This document shows, one piece after another, positions 47,763 to 59,895 of a stretch of 64,000 nucleotides of DNA (within the stretch, counting starts at the first letter, position 1; every line of letters begins with the position of its first letter). The DNA is from Haliotis cracherodii (lineage: Eukaryota), in assembly GCF_022045235.1 (NCBI RefSeq), contig NW_027266319.1:67456001-67520000 (forward strand). The letters are read 5' to 3'. Made by a program: the position numbers and the translations under genes. A model generated the notes under the pieces. That model had not been told where the DNA came from, made no database searches, and saw only the letters and a program-made list of their open reading frames with translations.

Positions 47763-47928
47763 TGAGCTAGTGAGTATAGTTTTACGCCGCTTTTAGCAAT
47801 ATTCTCGCAATATCACGGCGGGGGACACCAGCCAGGGCTTTACACATTGTACCCATGTGGGGACTCGAACCCGGGTCTGCGTGTGACGAGCGAACGTTTT
47901 AACCAATAGGGTACCGCATCGCCCCTCG
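47763..47928 (-). mobile_element. Family A SINE
   Basis: 11-bp TSD ctgtacaatag at 47752-47762 and 47929-47939. Confidence 0.9.
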
Positions 47929-49192
47929 CTGTACAATAGAAGGGCGAGGATCGCTCAAATGTACCCTTGTGCAGCTACATGCACCCTTGAACAAACATGC
48001 ATTGTGCATCCCACATTTAGCTTCCATTCGGTGAACTAACGGATACATCCTTCACTCACTCGCTTCGTTGATTAAACCAAAAGAACGTCTCTGCCTCTTT
48101 CTGTTAATCGACTTCATATTTCGTACCAACACACGTGGACCACTTTGTAGTTGAAGAAGTGCGTGACTGATTGTCAATGACAACAAGCAATAATTTGTTT
48201 CAAATAAACCTTCAATATCAAGTACGTCGACTTCCTTGGCAATCTATTTCCTGGAGTAGATACTGAGCGTGTCTGTCAAATAAACAAAGCACGCGATACC
48301 CAACAATGTTGTTTCTGTGTAGTTCCGTTGATGGCATCTGGATGAGGTTGACTTGATGTCTCAGAGACATAGCAAGAACTTACGGAACGCAGCTTCCACT
48401 CCATCTCGTCATTTCCACTAGTTTATGGCACGTAATCAAAGAAAACATAATACCTGCTGACGACTAGCCACATGTCATAATAACACTTAACATCTTTAGC
48501 TGGAATTGCTGTTTACATGGTAAAGGTCACAAAGAACCGTTATCTGTTGGGCCACTCAAGACGAAGAGCGAGAAGAAGCGGAAACCACCTGTACGTGATC
48601 TGTGTAGTCGATAGGTTGTTGTGTGCCGTTCTCTGTAGTCGATGTTGCCGTCAGTAGAGATTGGTTTTAAAGAAGCATCTCAAAAGAACGGTACGTCTGG
48701 AACACTCACGAGGCATCGTAAAAAGATTACGTTAAAAAACTCGAGGGTCTTGGAGATCTGAAGAAGGTAATTGTGTTTAGTCTGCTAGGCCTAGAGTGGG
48801 TATCATGGTACTGTGAGTTAGTTGTGATGACCTACGGGTTGGTGTGAAGCAATGATGTTAATGGCAGACAGTTACATCCAGGGTATGTAGCCGGGTTCGT
48901 GAGAAAGCTGATGACCCTTCAACGGGAAATACATTTACCAAAAATGAAATCTTCTGCAATGGATTTATAACATACTTGATTCTAATCGGTCAATCAGATG
49001 TTTCAAATCACAATAACTACATCTGGCGGAAACAGGATTTTTGACAGCCGAATCACAACGGAAGCTAATATCTATAACAAAGTATTGTACAATGTGTGCT
49101 GTGCGTTCCACTCCAAATTGAATTCGGCAGGTAACTTTGGTAACATAGCTCTACATTAACAACACAGGATGGGCATCTACTTAGTGTTAGTA

Positions 49193-49462
49193 GGGTCACC
49201 TGTGACCCAGGGGTCTGAGGCGCCGCATTTCACTGTGCAGAGTTGCCTCCCTTATGTACGCCAGGAACCCATGATCGTGGGTGCAGGTCTCAGACGTTTA
49301 CCACTTCGGTGAAACCCACAAGCACGGGTATGGTGCTGACAAACCTAGAAACATAATCGGGGCGAACTGGGATTCGAACCCACAATCATAGGTTTCTGGC
49401 GTGCCCATGGGACTCCACACAGCGAATCGCGGCGCCTTAGACGACTGGGCCACCCGTGCCCC
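49193..49462. mobile_element. Two convergent family C SINE heads fused with both tails deleted
   Basis: Diverged + strand head ~49193-49282 joined directly to a - strand copy ~49283-49462. Confidence 0.8.
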
Positions 49463-49955
49463 AAACACTGGAAGGACTAGTGTCCTCCTATTATTGATCA
49501 GTCACACTTTCCCCACTCCGCTATTCCTGACAGGTATCTACAACTACCTGTAACACCACGCACTCATTAACCTCATTCTGTGCATCTTCATAGTTAAGCT
49601 TGTTACATGCCATGTCTGGCCATTACGCTGTTTCTACAGAGAATTCATCAGTATAATTTTTGTAGTTTCAAGTAAATTACTTCACGTTGTCTTCACACGT
49701 TTGACGTCTCGTTATACTGTAATGAAAATATGTAGTAACGTGGCAAAATACAGAGTGACCCCAGTTTAACGGAATGTGGAAGTAGATTAGATTTGCTTGT
49801 ACACCCGTCAAATACATTTCATCTAAACCACAGGGATGAAATACTGGTGCAAACGGCGATAAAAGTAACACACTTATTCACTTGGTGGATGAAAGGGAGA
49901 ATGACATGGTTGAGTTATGTTTGCAAAAGTGTACCAGTGCGTTTACTTTATGACA

Positions 49956-50400
49956 GACCCGTGAAGATCTGGGGTAGAATAGGTCTTCAGCAACCCATGC
50001 TTGCCGTAAAAGGCGACTATGCTTGTGGTAAGAGGCGACTAATGGGATCGGGTGGTCAGGATCGCGGACTTGGATGATGCATGTCATCGATCTCAATTGT
50101 CTGGTTTGATGCTCATGATATCAATCACTGGATTGTCTGGTCCAGACTCGATTATTTACAGACCACAAAGTGGGCGCTACTTTCATTCAATGTTGTTTTA
50201 CGCCGCCTCAAGCTTTACGACGGCTGTGAATAATCGAGTCTGGACCAGGCAATCCAGTGATTGACATTGTGAGCAACTACCCATGCTGAAGGGTACGATG
50301 ACACGCAATGACCCATGTCACCGAGGCTGACCAGGCCACGCCGGGTCGCCGTTTACGACCAGTATAGGCTGGTGACTTATACTAATCCGGAATCCCCGAG
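49956..50400. mobile_element. Family B copy (+, 49956-50165) tail-to-tail with an older family B copy (-, ~50190-50400)
   Basis: Sequence matches on both strands. Confidence 0.85.
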
Positions 50401-50740
50401 GAACCCTGTAATAAACGAAGTCCCAAAGCTTGTCACCAGAGAAACAATGTCGTAGACAAACAATATCCAGAAATTCCATATCTCATATGTAACTCTTTCA
50501 CGCATATTATATTTAAAAACTCATTTCTACCATTAAATATTTTAGATTTCCTCAACGTAACGACAACACGCTCCATGGCCAGCTGTCTACACGTGAGCTC
50601 TAACTGTAGTTTCCAGCGCCCGAGTGTTCATTCATTCATGAGCAGCTGACGTAACAGTACCCTCCAGACTCACACCGGGAAATGTGGCGGCCAATAAAGA
50701 CTCTCCTGGAATCGCAAGGAGGAAAGAGATGGTGACAAGA

Positions 50741-50970
50741 TTTGTTTTTTTGTCTGTTTGTTTAACGCCGCACTCAGCAATATTCCAGCTATATGACGGC
50801 GGTCTGTACATAATCGAGTCTGGATCAGACAATCCCGTGATTGACATAATGATCATCGATCCACGCAATTGGGATACGAGTACATGCATCAACCAAGTCA
50901 GCGAGCCTGACCACCCGATCCCGTTAGTCGCCTCTTACGACAAGCATAGTCGCCTTTTACGGCAAGCGTG
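50741..50970 (-). mobile_element. Family B retroposon, 5'-truncated
   Basis: tttaacgccgcactcagcaatattccagc...gtcgccttttacggcaagc. Confidence 0.92.
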
Positions 50971-51644
50971 GCTTGAATTTAAACAAGGCCGTAAATAGGA
51001 CGTCTTTATTAAACAGTTAGATTAATATGTGTTCACATTAATGTTGGTGACATTTACGTTCTTTATCATTTAATTCTTATAATACGCTGAAGAATTTTAA
51101 TAAGAAATCAACGCGAGTGTATTCGGGATTTGCTAAACTAAACAATAATTAAGAGGCGCTTCGAGTATTTCAGCGTAAACATATTTACATTAAATAATGA
51201 TTTGACGCTCTTATTCATGCTAAAACGTCCGTGTTTACTGTTTCAAAAGTAAACTTTGTCTCCATTTGAAGAGCAAACGAGGTGAGATTTCAAAAATTCG
51301 TCGCGATTATTTTATGATTGGCCGCGTGTTTTTCATAATCCCTGAGTCTTATTTTAAATATTCAGCCTTTCGAATTTCATGCGATTTATTCCAAACTACA
51401 GAGATTCAACTGACACAGTTTGCATTACGTTGCTGTCAGTTTATTTCCCGTGGGAAATTTGAGGTAGAATCCTGAAACTCATCATTCAAATATTATTCAT
51501 ATCCAAAGCCATAAAGGACTAAACTTGGGCTCTTATTAAATTCCTCAGTTGTGCTATTTTTTATGTTATAATTACAGGTTTCAACATTCAACTGGCCATT
51601 TAAATCATGCTCAAAGTTGCCACTAGAGAATCCAATGCCGGTTA

Positions 51645-51813
51645 CAGTAAACTACGGTTATAACGAGCACGCTTATAACGAACGGACGGATATAACTAAT
51701 ATATTTTTTGGTTACGGCCATTTGTTGTATATGTGCTGTATATATGCTTGTAACGAACTACGGTTATAACGAACTAAAATTACCTTTGAGTTCGTTTTAA
51801 CCGTAGTTTCCTG
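51645..51813. mobile_element. pogo/Tigger-like (Tc1/mariner superfamily) MITE, 169 bp
   Basis: TIRs cagtaaactacggttataacga / tcgttttaaccgtagtttcctg (20 of 22 positions match), TA on both flanks (51643-51644, 51814-51815). Confidence 0.85.
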
Positions 51814-52118
51814 TAAAAACTCACGTAAACGTTTATCAACATGATGAATGATTCTTATTATGTCATCTGTCCTTGGTTAAGTTAAGAATTGACATCAATA
51901 TTTGTTTCCGGTTATGGCGGTATAAAGGTATATTTTGGTGTGCACACTGCTTAAATCCGTGTAATGTGGAGGATTGACGCAGGGTGGACACGGGTATTTG
52001 CGGTAATACCGCCATAAACGCAAAAAACATTTCTTGTCAGTAAAGGTAACCAATAAATACTTTTTGACACAACTTCTTATTTTATCATTAACACAAAAAA
52101 CCCGAGTTAGCAATACGA

Positions 52119-52457
52119 GGTGAGGTGAGATTGGGATTATTGCACTTATATAGCGACGTCGACGTGCATGTACGTGTGTGTGTATGTGTGACTGCTTGTA
52201 CTAGTCCGGGCTGATGCCGATTTATAGTGCTAGCCCACTGAGATACCAAGCCGCAGTTAAACATGAATACCCCACTCAGTCACAGTATACTGACTCCGAG
52301 CCGACCAGTCCTTGTTTTAGCCCCTTAATGCCGAACGCCAGACAGGGTAACAACAAGTACCATCTTTTAATGTCTTTTAGTATGACGCGGCCGGGGATCG
52401 AACCCCGGACTTACCGCTCTCCGGGCGGATGCTCTACCACTAGACCACGGAGGCGGT
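52119..52457 (-). mobile_element. Family D tRNA-derived SINE (Meta-SINE-like), full length
   Basis: A box tggtctagtgg, B box ggttcgatccc; core gtcatactaaaagacattaaaagatggtacttg...ggcattaagggg...gactggtcggctcggagtcag resembles the Meta domain; 13-bp TSD gttagcaa(t/a)acga. Confidence 0.85.
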
Positions 52458-52760
52458 GTTAGCAAAACGAAATCAGTAACATCGTTCAGCAGTAAGGCAA
52501 CACAAGTCAAGCCGAAGCTATTATCGCCCAAGCAAGAAACAGTGGAGAGCTTGTAGGCGTGACCTAATGTATTTTCGACTTACGCAAAATAATCTCATTG
52601 GCTAGTAAATAAAATGCCATTTATGTAGAGACAGATGAGAATAAATATCAATTGAGGAAGTTTACTGCCTTTATTCCACAAAGTTGGATGTATCATCATG
52701 CCGACTTAAACACTACATTATATGGGGGCTAATTATGTTACAACAGTCAATGTGTGAAAG

Positions 52761-53035
52761 GGGGGCACGGGTGGCCCAGTCGTCTAAGGCGCCGCGATTC
52801 GTGTGCAGAGTTGCGTCCCTTGGGCACGCCAGAAACCTATCATTGTGGATTCGAATCCCAGTTCGCCCCGATTATGTTTCTAGGTTTGTCAGCACCATAC
52901 CCATGCTCGTGGGATTCACCGAAGCGTTAAACGTCTTAGACCCGCATCACTTTGGGCGTTCCTCCCACATTAAACTGCAGCTGATATGACTGGAATAGTG
53001 TTAAAAGCGGCGCTAAACCCAACTCACTCACTTAC
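52761..53035 (+). mobile_element. Family C SINE, full length
   Basis: TSD tgtgtgaaag at 52751-52760 and 53038-53047. Confidence 0.9.
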
Positions 53036-53557
53036 TTTGTGTGAAAGATGTTTATGATTGGGTGTCGTACATATTGTTACGAGGATATTTCTCTTTTCAA
53101 AAAAGATACTTGTCAACAACTTATATATATCGCAACAAGCGAAGCGTCGATTGCTAGTATATCAAACCAAATTCGAAGTATATAAATATATACCGTTAAC
53201 GCCAGAGAATATCTCCATTATCCGACGAAACAAAATCTGTAGGGAGTAACAGGCAAAATAGCGGTGAAACTCAAATGAATGGACCACTGAAAATCAGTGA
53301 TTCGCTAGGGTAAGAAAGTCCTGCTCTTTCGGTGGCACCCGTACGCTAGATTTTTGGAACCACAAATTTCGAAAGTAACAGTTTCTTTTTGTTGGCCTTT
53401 TTAGGATGTACTCATACATGTTATCAGTTTCATGTTCAAGCAGCTCATAATTCCCTTCTGAATTGTGATTCCTTTCTACTTGGTATTAAATTATATTTAA
53501 TGCATCTGAGCTGATTTGAAAACTGGAAACGAAATTATATTTGTCTGTTTCAACTAT

Positions 53558-53835
53558 CTGAGTGAGTGAGTGAGTGAGTGAGTGAGTGAGTGAGTTGGTA
53601 TTCCAGTTATATCACGGCGAGTCTATTTCATGTGGGAGGAAAGCACGAAATGATGCAGGTTTCAGACGTTTACCACTTTGGTGAAACCCACGGGTATTGT
53701 GCTGACAGATCTAGACAAATCATCGGGGCGAACAGGGATTCGAACCCACATCATAGGTTCCTGGCGTGCCCAAGGGACGCAACTGTGTACAACGAATTGC
53801 GGACTCTAAGACGACTGGTCCACCACTGTCGCCTA
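53558..53835 (-). mobile_element. Family C SINE, diverged
   Basis: (gagt)n tail, body and head match 41304-41577. Confidence 0.85.
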
Positions 53836-53892
53836 CACCTCTGGCCCGATATCCCCACTAATGTCACATCTAGGCCGCTGCTTTATCTAAGA

Positions 53893-54057
53893 GGGGCGGT
53901 CGGGTAGCCTAGTGGTTAAAGCGTTCGCTCGTCACGCCGAACACCCGGGTTCGATTCCGACATGGGTACAATGTGTGAAGCCCATTTCTGGTGTCCACCG
54001 CCGTGATATTGCTTGAATATTGCTAAAAGCGGCGTAAAACCAAACTCACTCACTCAC
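53893..54057 (+). mobile_element. Family A SINE
   Basis: Full copy; imperfect TSD ctgct(tt/cc)atctaag. Confidence 0.92.
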
Positions 54058-54329
54058 TGCTCCATCTAAGGCTGTACATGTACTCAACATTACTTAACGT
54101 GACATTTTGATAGGGAAACAATTCACAGAGACAATATATTATAGACAGTATGGCCATTATCTTCGGAAAGCGGAAACAAATTATAAAAGGTAACAATACA
54201 ATTAAGGTTTGAAATGTCATTGCCGAATTGAACGCATGATTTGGTTTAGTATAATTCGCAAACAATAACGGGATATGACACTGAAATTATATGCTCGCAA
54301 TTAACACAGTTGTATTGTACATTGACACT

Positions 54330-54770
54330 TATGACACAATTCAAAATAGGGAATTGCATTTGGCAACGTTTTGGCCACTGATCGTCAAAGTTGAATGTGT
54401 TAGATAAAATCTTTTGAAGCGCTTACTAAGGCCTTACTTGAAACCTTGATGAAACAACTTTAGAGTCGTATCCGCATTTTGAATTCTTAGTAGAAAGCAT
54501 GCTCATTTTTACCTCAAAAGTTGTAAAATGTTGATATCGGAAGCTAGAGGCGGAATATTGTTCGGAAGGAAAGTTGACAGTTGGAAATCTTATCATACAG
54601 CCTTGTGGTTACCATATTGTCAGACTTATTGTGCATAGATCTGTGTTGATCCAGATGAGCCGGTTTCATTGGCCTCTTGTATTTCTAGTTCAGATGGGAA
54701 TATAAGGATATTTGATCAATATTGAACGCTCTCAGACCATCGCTATACCAAAGATAATCACATGTACTGT
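54330..54770 (-). mobile_element. Highly degenerate Naiad-type PLE RT fragment
   Basis: Nucleotide similarity to 55850-56180 (aaagttgacagttggaaa...tcatacag...tctagttcag). Confidence 0.6.
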
Positions 54771-55045
54771 TCCTGTACAGCAATTACGGTCAGAGTTTGT
54801 GTTCCAGGCTACCTGTTAGTGTTCCTAGTTTTTGAAACGAGGACACAAGCCCTGTGGTCTAAGGCACGTATCTACTTGCGCACATTTGCATTCGATAGTG
54901 ATGACAGGATCTAGTCATCGCGCACGTCAGGGTCAGAATCCTTAATGTCCTCCGAATATGAGAAACGGTCAATCAGCCTCTTATCTGTGACAATGGGATC
55001 GCCAAAACGAGGAGTGCCTGGGCTTTCAGTCAAGCTGCTACATCT

Positions 55046-55336
55046 TGAGTGAGTGAGTGAGTGAGTGATTTGGGTTTAACGCCGCTTTTAACAGTATTCC
55101 ACTTATATCACGGCGTGTCAGCTTAATGTGGGAAGAAAGCCCGAAGTGATGCAGGTCTTAGACGTTTACCACTTCGGTGAAACCCACGAGCACGGGTATG
55201 GTGCTTACAAACCTAGAAACATAATCGGGGCGAACCGGGATTCGAATCCACAATCATAGGTTTCTATCGTGCCCAAGGGACGCAACTCTGCACAGCGAAT
55301 CGCGGCGCCTTAGACGACTGGGCTTACCTTGCCCCC
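55046..55336 (-). mobile_element. Family C SINE, full length
   Basis: Reverse complement of the 41304/52761 copies. Confidence 0.92.
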
Positions 55337-55639
55337 TTGTCGTTTACAGTCTCTCGCTTCAGCAGAATGTTTTTTTAATTATAGGGTATATTTGTTTTTT
55401 AGGTATCGGGAAAAACATTTTTTTCTAAACTTGACTCTCCCAACAGGTGAACATAAATAATTACATATTTTGAAGGTTTTCCCTAACTGATGTCCTTGCA
55501 GCATTCACGGAAACTCTCCCATGGTTTTGTGCGGACATGGCTGAGACACTACATGACATGGGTTTCATTCGTTACGTTGTTTTTGTGTTATTGAAGAAGC
55601 ACATTCAGAGTGACAAGGCTTTTGCTAATTAAAAGTGAA

Positions 55640-56400
55640 TGTTATGTTAACAAAACCGACAAAACCCTTTCCATATACATAAGAAATCATATGATATTGT
55701 TATTGTTCTAAGATCAGATTGATTTCAAAGCACGTCTGAGGACACTGGTGCACATGGAATGAATGCTCCGATTACGTGTCCACTCCGAAAAAAACCGTCA
55801 AAACAATTTCCATATTTCAATGTTGGATCCTTGATCAAACAACTTTTGAGCAAGAGTTGTATTACGCTCTTTGAAATCTTGGTAGAAAGAATATGTTTCC
55901 ATTGTACCTAAAAGTTGTAAAAGACACCAAGGGTTGGAGCTGCAGGGATATGGTTCGACATAAAATGAAAGTTGACTATTGGAAAGTTGAAGTCATCCCA
56001 CTTGTCATACAGTCTCGTGGAGAGTGTTTTGTCACTCTGAATCTTTATGCCTGGATCTAAATATGAAAAAGATGAGGAGGCCTCACTGGTCTCCTTTCTC
56101 TCTAGTTCAGGTGGGTAAATCAGAACGGAATTGGCTATTTGGTGTTTACTTGATGATATCAGATCATCGTTATACCTGAATATTAAGTTAAACTTCTTGA
56201 CCAAACTGCCTTGTTTTGACTTTGCCAATTCGAGCAGAAATTCCGATTCATATGCATAAAAAACGGACCCATAAGAAAAGGAGCACAATAGATGACCATG
56301 GTACTACCTACTTCTTGCCTAAATGTCTCAATCCCAAAGTTTACATAGATATCATCAAATAAACAGTTAAACCATTCTCAAAAAGTATCTCCAGAAGTGT
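55640..56400 (-). mobile_element. Penelope-like (Naiad-type, C-terminal RT) reverse transcriptase remnant with terminal repeat pieces
   Basis: FRQEVGSTMVIYCAP (FRQ..GIPMG..CAP), FRYNDD (RYIDD), IYPPELE, SYLD, TRLYDKWDDFNFPIVNF, then YQDFKERNTTLAQKLFDQG; runs into terminal sequence with no GIY-YIG seen downstream. Confidence 0.85.
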
Positions 56401-57544
56401 ACTCAGATCTAGACTTGGTTACGTGATCAATAGCAATAACTTACATTTTCTTTGGCATCCCAAACAGATCGACTAGTTGAATCCAAGCTACCAATACGAA
56501 CATTGGTAGATAACAGTAAACAGCACATGAGCACATAACCCTTTGCTGTACAGGAGATATTGTCAGGATCAGACCATCTGCTTGTGTGACCACAGCCTTG
56601 CGCGGTGGGCTCATTAATGCATTAGAACGTATGCATCTTTACAGACCACCCGAAGCTAAACTTGTCCCTCAGGGCCACCAGAATCTGGCAATATCTGATA
56701 CGTGGCGTATACATGTGTCTTGAGCCAAAACCCCACAGTATCCTTGATCTGTTACATGAACAGGCTGGCAAAGGACAACATGGAGAACTGATAGTATATG
56801 AAAGTGACAAACGGTTTCTTGTCAGATATAGCAAAGGCGTATATAAAGTTTTGGATATAGTAAAAGGAGAAAAATACAGTTTAAGAGTTTAAGTCCTTTG
56901 TCGCTTGTATAACGTGAACGGAAGAAAACAAAATATAAGTCGAAGCGACTTTAACTTTATTTATCAAGTGTAACTTAATTGCCTCCTTATCATCATCAAG
57001 CACCTAACATGTCATGTATTGACAATGTAAACTCACTTGAAATCTCTGCATTGCGTCACTTGGTTTATACAACTCCCCTTTTAATCAGTGACGTCTATCT
57101 GACATATATGCAGCCTATGAATTCAGAACCAGCAGACAAGGCTGTGAATATTTCATCCAACCAGATTTCTCACGAATACAGATTTTTATCAATTAATTGG
57201 TGTGTGCGTAACTAGGTTGCGCTAGGATAAGCACATTTTGAGGCACAGAAAAAAAACATGCATTCATAAATCTTGGACTGTACCGCTTTATGTAGCTGAT
57301 GTGAAATTATGTCCAGTGCCTTTTCAGCGTCCACCCAGATAGCACGGCACCTGAAAAATATTTTCAAAATTATGGCGTATATCGATTAAATAAAGGTGTA
57401 TTGTTTCTGGTGTTGGTGTTTCAAATGACGTTCATTTTGAAAATTCAAAATGGCTGTCACGGCGGCCATATTGGAAGAGAAATCTATGGAGTTGATATCT
57501 CACTCAACGTTTCAGTTCCATATCTGTCCTTGTTTCTGAGAAGA

Positions 57545-58372
57545 CTTAGCCAAGACTATGTGCCAGGTGAGCTAACACAAACACTATAGACGTAAATGAT
57601 CTATTAACAGTTACTTAGCCCAAACTATGAGCCAGGTTAGCTGACACAAAATACATAAGTAACTGATCTATCAGCAGTTACTAAGCTCAAACTATGTGCC
57701 AGGTGAGCAAACACAAACAGTAAAGAAGTAACTGATCTTTCAGCAGTTACCTGGCCCAAACACTGTGCCAGGTGAGCTAACACAAAATACATATGTAACT
57801 GATCTATCAGCCGTTACTTAGCTCAAGCTTTGTTCAAGGTGAGCTAACACAAACAGTAAAGAAGCAACAGATCTATCAGCAGTTACTTAGCCTAAACTCT
57901 CTGCCAGGTACGCTAACACAAACAGTACAGAAGTAACTAATCTATCAGCAGTTACTAAGCCCTAACTATGTGCTAGGTGAGCTAACACAAACAGTATAGA
58001 CGTAACTGATCTATCAGCAGTTATCAAGCCCAAACGTTGTGCCAGGTGAGCTAACACAAACGGTACAGAAGTAACTGATCTATCAGCAATTACTTAACCC
58101 AGACTCTTTGTTAGGTGAGCTAATACAAACAGCATAGAAGTAACTGATCTATCAGCAGTTATCAAGCCCAAACGTTGTGCCAGGTGAGCTAACACAAACT
58201 GTATAGAAGCAACTGATCTATCAGCAGTTACTAAGCCCACACACTGTGACAGGTGGCCTAAAACAAATAATATAGAAGTAACTGATCTATCAGCAGTTAC
58301 GTAGCCCACACTCTGTGCCAGGTGAGCTAACACAAACAGTATAGAAGTAACTGATCTATCAGCACTTAACAA
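57545..58372. repeat. Minisatellite, 69-bp unit, about 12 copies, with an internal hairpin
   Basis: Unit gcccaaactatgtgccaggtgagctaacacaaacagtatagaagtaactgatctatcagcagttactaa. Confidence 0.93.
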
Positions 58373-58599
58373 GCTCTTTTCTGAAGGCTGCTTACAAGAT
58401 TCGACTTTCTGTGAGGGTAAACCATTCGCGAAGGTGGATGAGATGGTGATTACTAAGTTGAGCCCTTCGCCTACACCTTATAGATCATATGACTCGAGTT
58501 CACTTTCCTCGAGCTAAACAGGAATTTGAGAACAAACACAAAATGCGCAGTCAAACACAAAATGGTGAAATACGCAAGGTAATACATTCAGGTGAACCA

Positions 58600-59160
58600 T
58601 ATGATATTACTGCTGTTCTTAGATCAGAATGATTTCAAAGCACTTCTGAAGACACACTGGTGCGCATGGAATGAATGCTCCGATTACGTGTCCAATCCAA
58701 AGAAAACCGACAAAACCTTTCCATATTTATAAAAAAATGAAAATGCAAGAGCTCCTTCCATGGATTCTAGATAACGAAAAGTTCCTTTTATATTGTAAAT
58801 TTCCATGGTACGATTCCGACTATATCACGAACCTGTGTTTATCAATCACTACCACTATCAAATATTGATGATGCCATGTGTTCGACAAACGATGAGCGTA
58901 TCCTTCCCAACCGGTGGTACTCGTCACAAACACATGCAAAGGCACGTCAATTGTTCATCTGAAAGAAACACTGGAACATATGGTACAAGTCAAAATAGGG
59001 TATAGCATCAGACGTCATTTTGGCATTGATGTGTCCAATTTAGAAATGTCCTCCACATGTCTCCCATAAAACGTCTTCAAACAAACACATCCACATGCAA
59101 TTGTTCATTTAAAAACATAGGGAACAAACGTTATCAGTAAAAATAGAAAATTGCATCGTA
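58600..59160 (-). mobile_element. Naiad-type PLE terminal region
   Basis: 58600-58725 repeats 55690-55815; 58740-58990 is the reverse complement of 62390-62610 and similar to 33085-33250. Confidence 0.7.
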
Positions 59161-59458
59161 CAATGTCATCACCAAAGTCGATCGGAATAACTCCAGCAAA
59201 CTGAACTAATGATACAAGTGTTTGTGATGTTTTTTTCATGGGTAACGTAATCAGTTCTATCTCCCGAACGGAATGTCCAGTTCACTGTTTACTTCACAAG
59301 GAATTGAAAGACAGTCAGATATTTACAATATTTAGTACAAATCATGTTTTAAAATGCAACCGCAAATTTTCGCTGAATTCAAATATGCTTCTCAAAAGAA
59401 AGAAAGTACAGCACACCCGATGTTTTCACTTGACTATAGTATGTGTCATGACATAAGT

Positions 59459-59615
59459 AGTGAGTGAGTATGGCTTTACGCCGCTTTTAGCAATATTCCA
59501 GCAATATCACGGCGGGGGACACCAGAAATGGGCTTCACACATTGTACCCATGTGGGGAATCGAACCCGGGCGTATGGCATGACGAGCAAACGCTTTAATC
59601 ACTGGGCTACCCCAT
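59459..59615 (-). mobile_element. Family A SINE
   Basis: Reverse-strand copy with tail and B box. Confidence 0.9.
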
Positions 59616-59624
59616 CCAGTATAA

Positions 59625-59895
59625 AATGGTAGAGCGTCCACCCGGAGAGCGGGCACTTGTTATCGGTGCTCGGCATTAAGGGGCTAAAACAAGGACTGGT
59701 TGGCTCGGAGTCAGTATACTGTGTCTGAGTGGGGTATTCATGTTAAACTGCGGCATGGTATCTCAGTGTGCTATCACTATAAATCGGCATCAGTCCGGAC
59801 TAGTACAAGCAGCCACACACACGTGCATGCACGTCGCTATAAAAGTGCAATAATCTTTGACGCGACGTTAGGCACCATTTCACCTCACCTTACCT
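59625..59895 (+). mobile_element. Family D (Meta-SINE-like) with internal deletion
   Basis: Matches the reverse complement of 52119-52457; tail acgtcgc...gcgacgt...cacctcacct. Confidence 0.85.

Noticed and set aside
58094-58372. 23-aa repeat protein (ADRSVTSILFVLAHL...)
   Set aside because: By-product of a 69-bp satellite; neighbouring units contain stops or indels.
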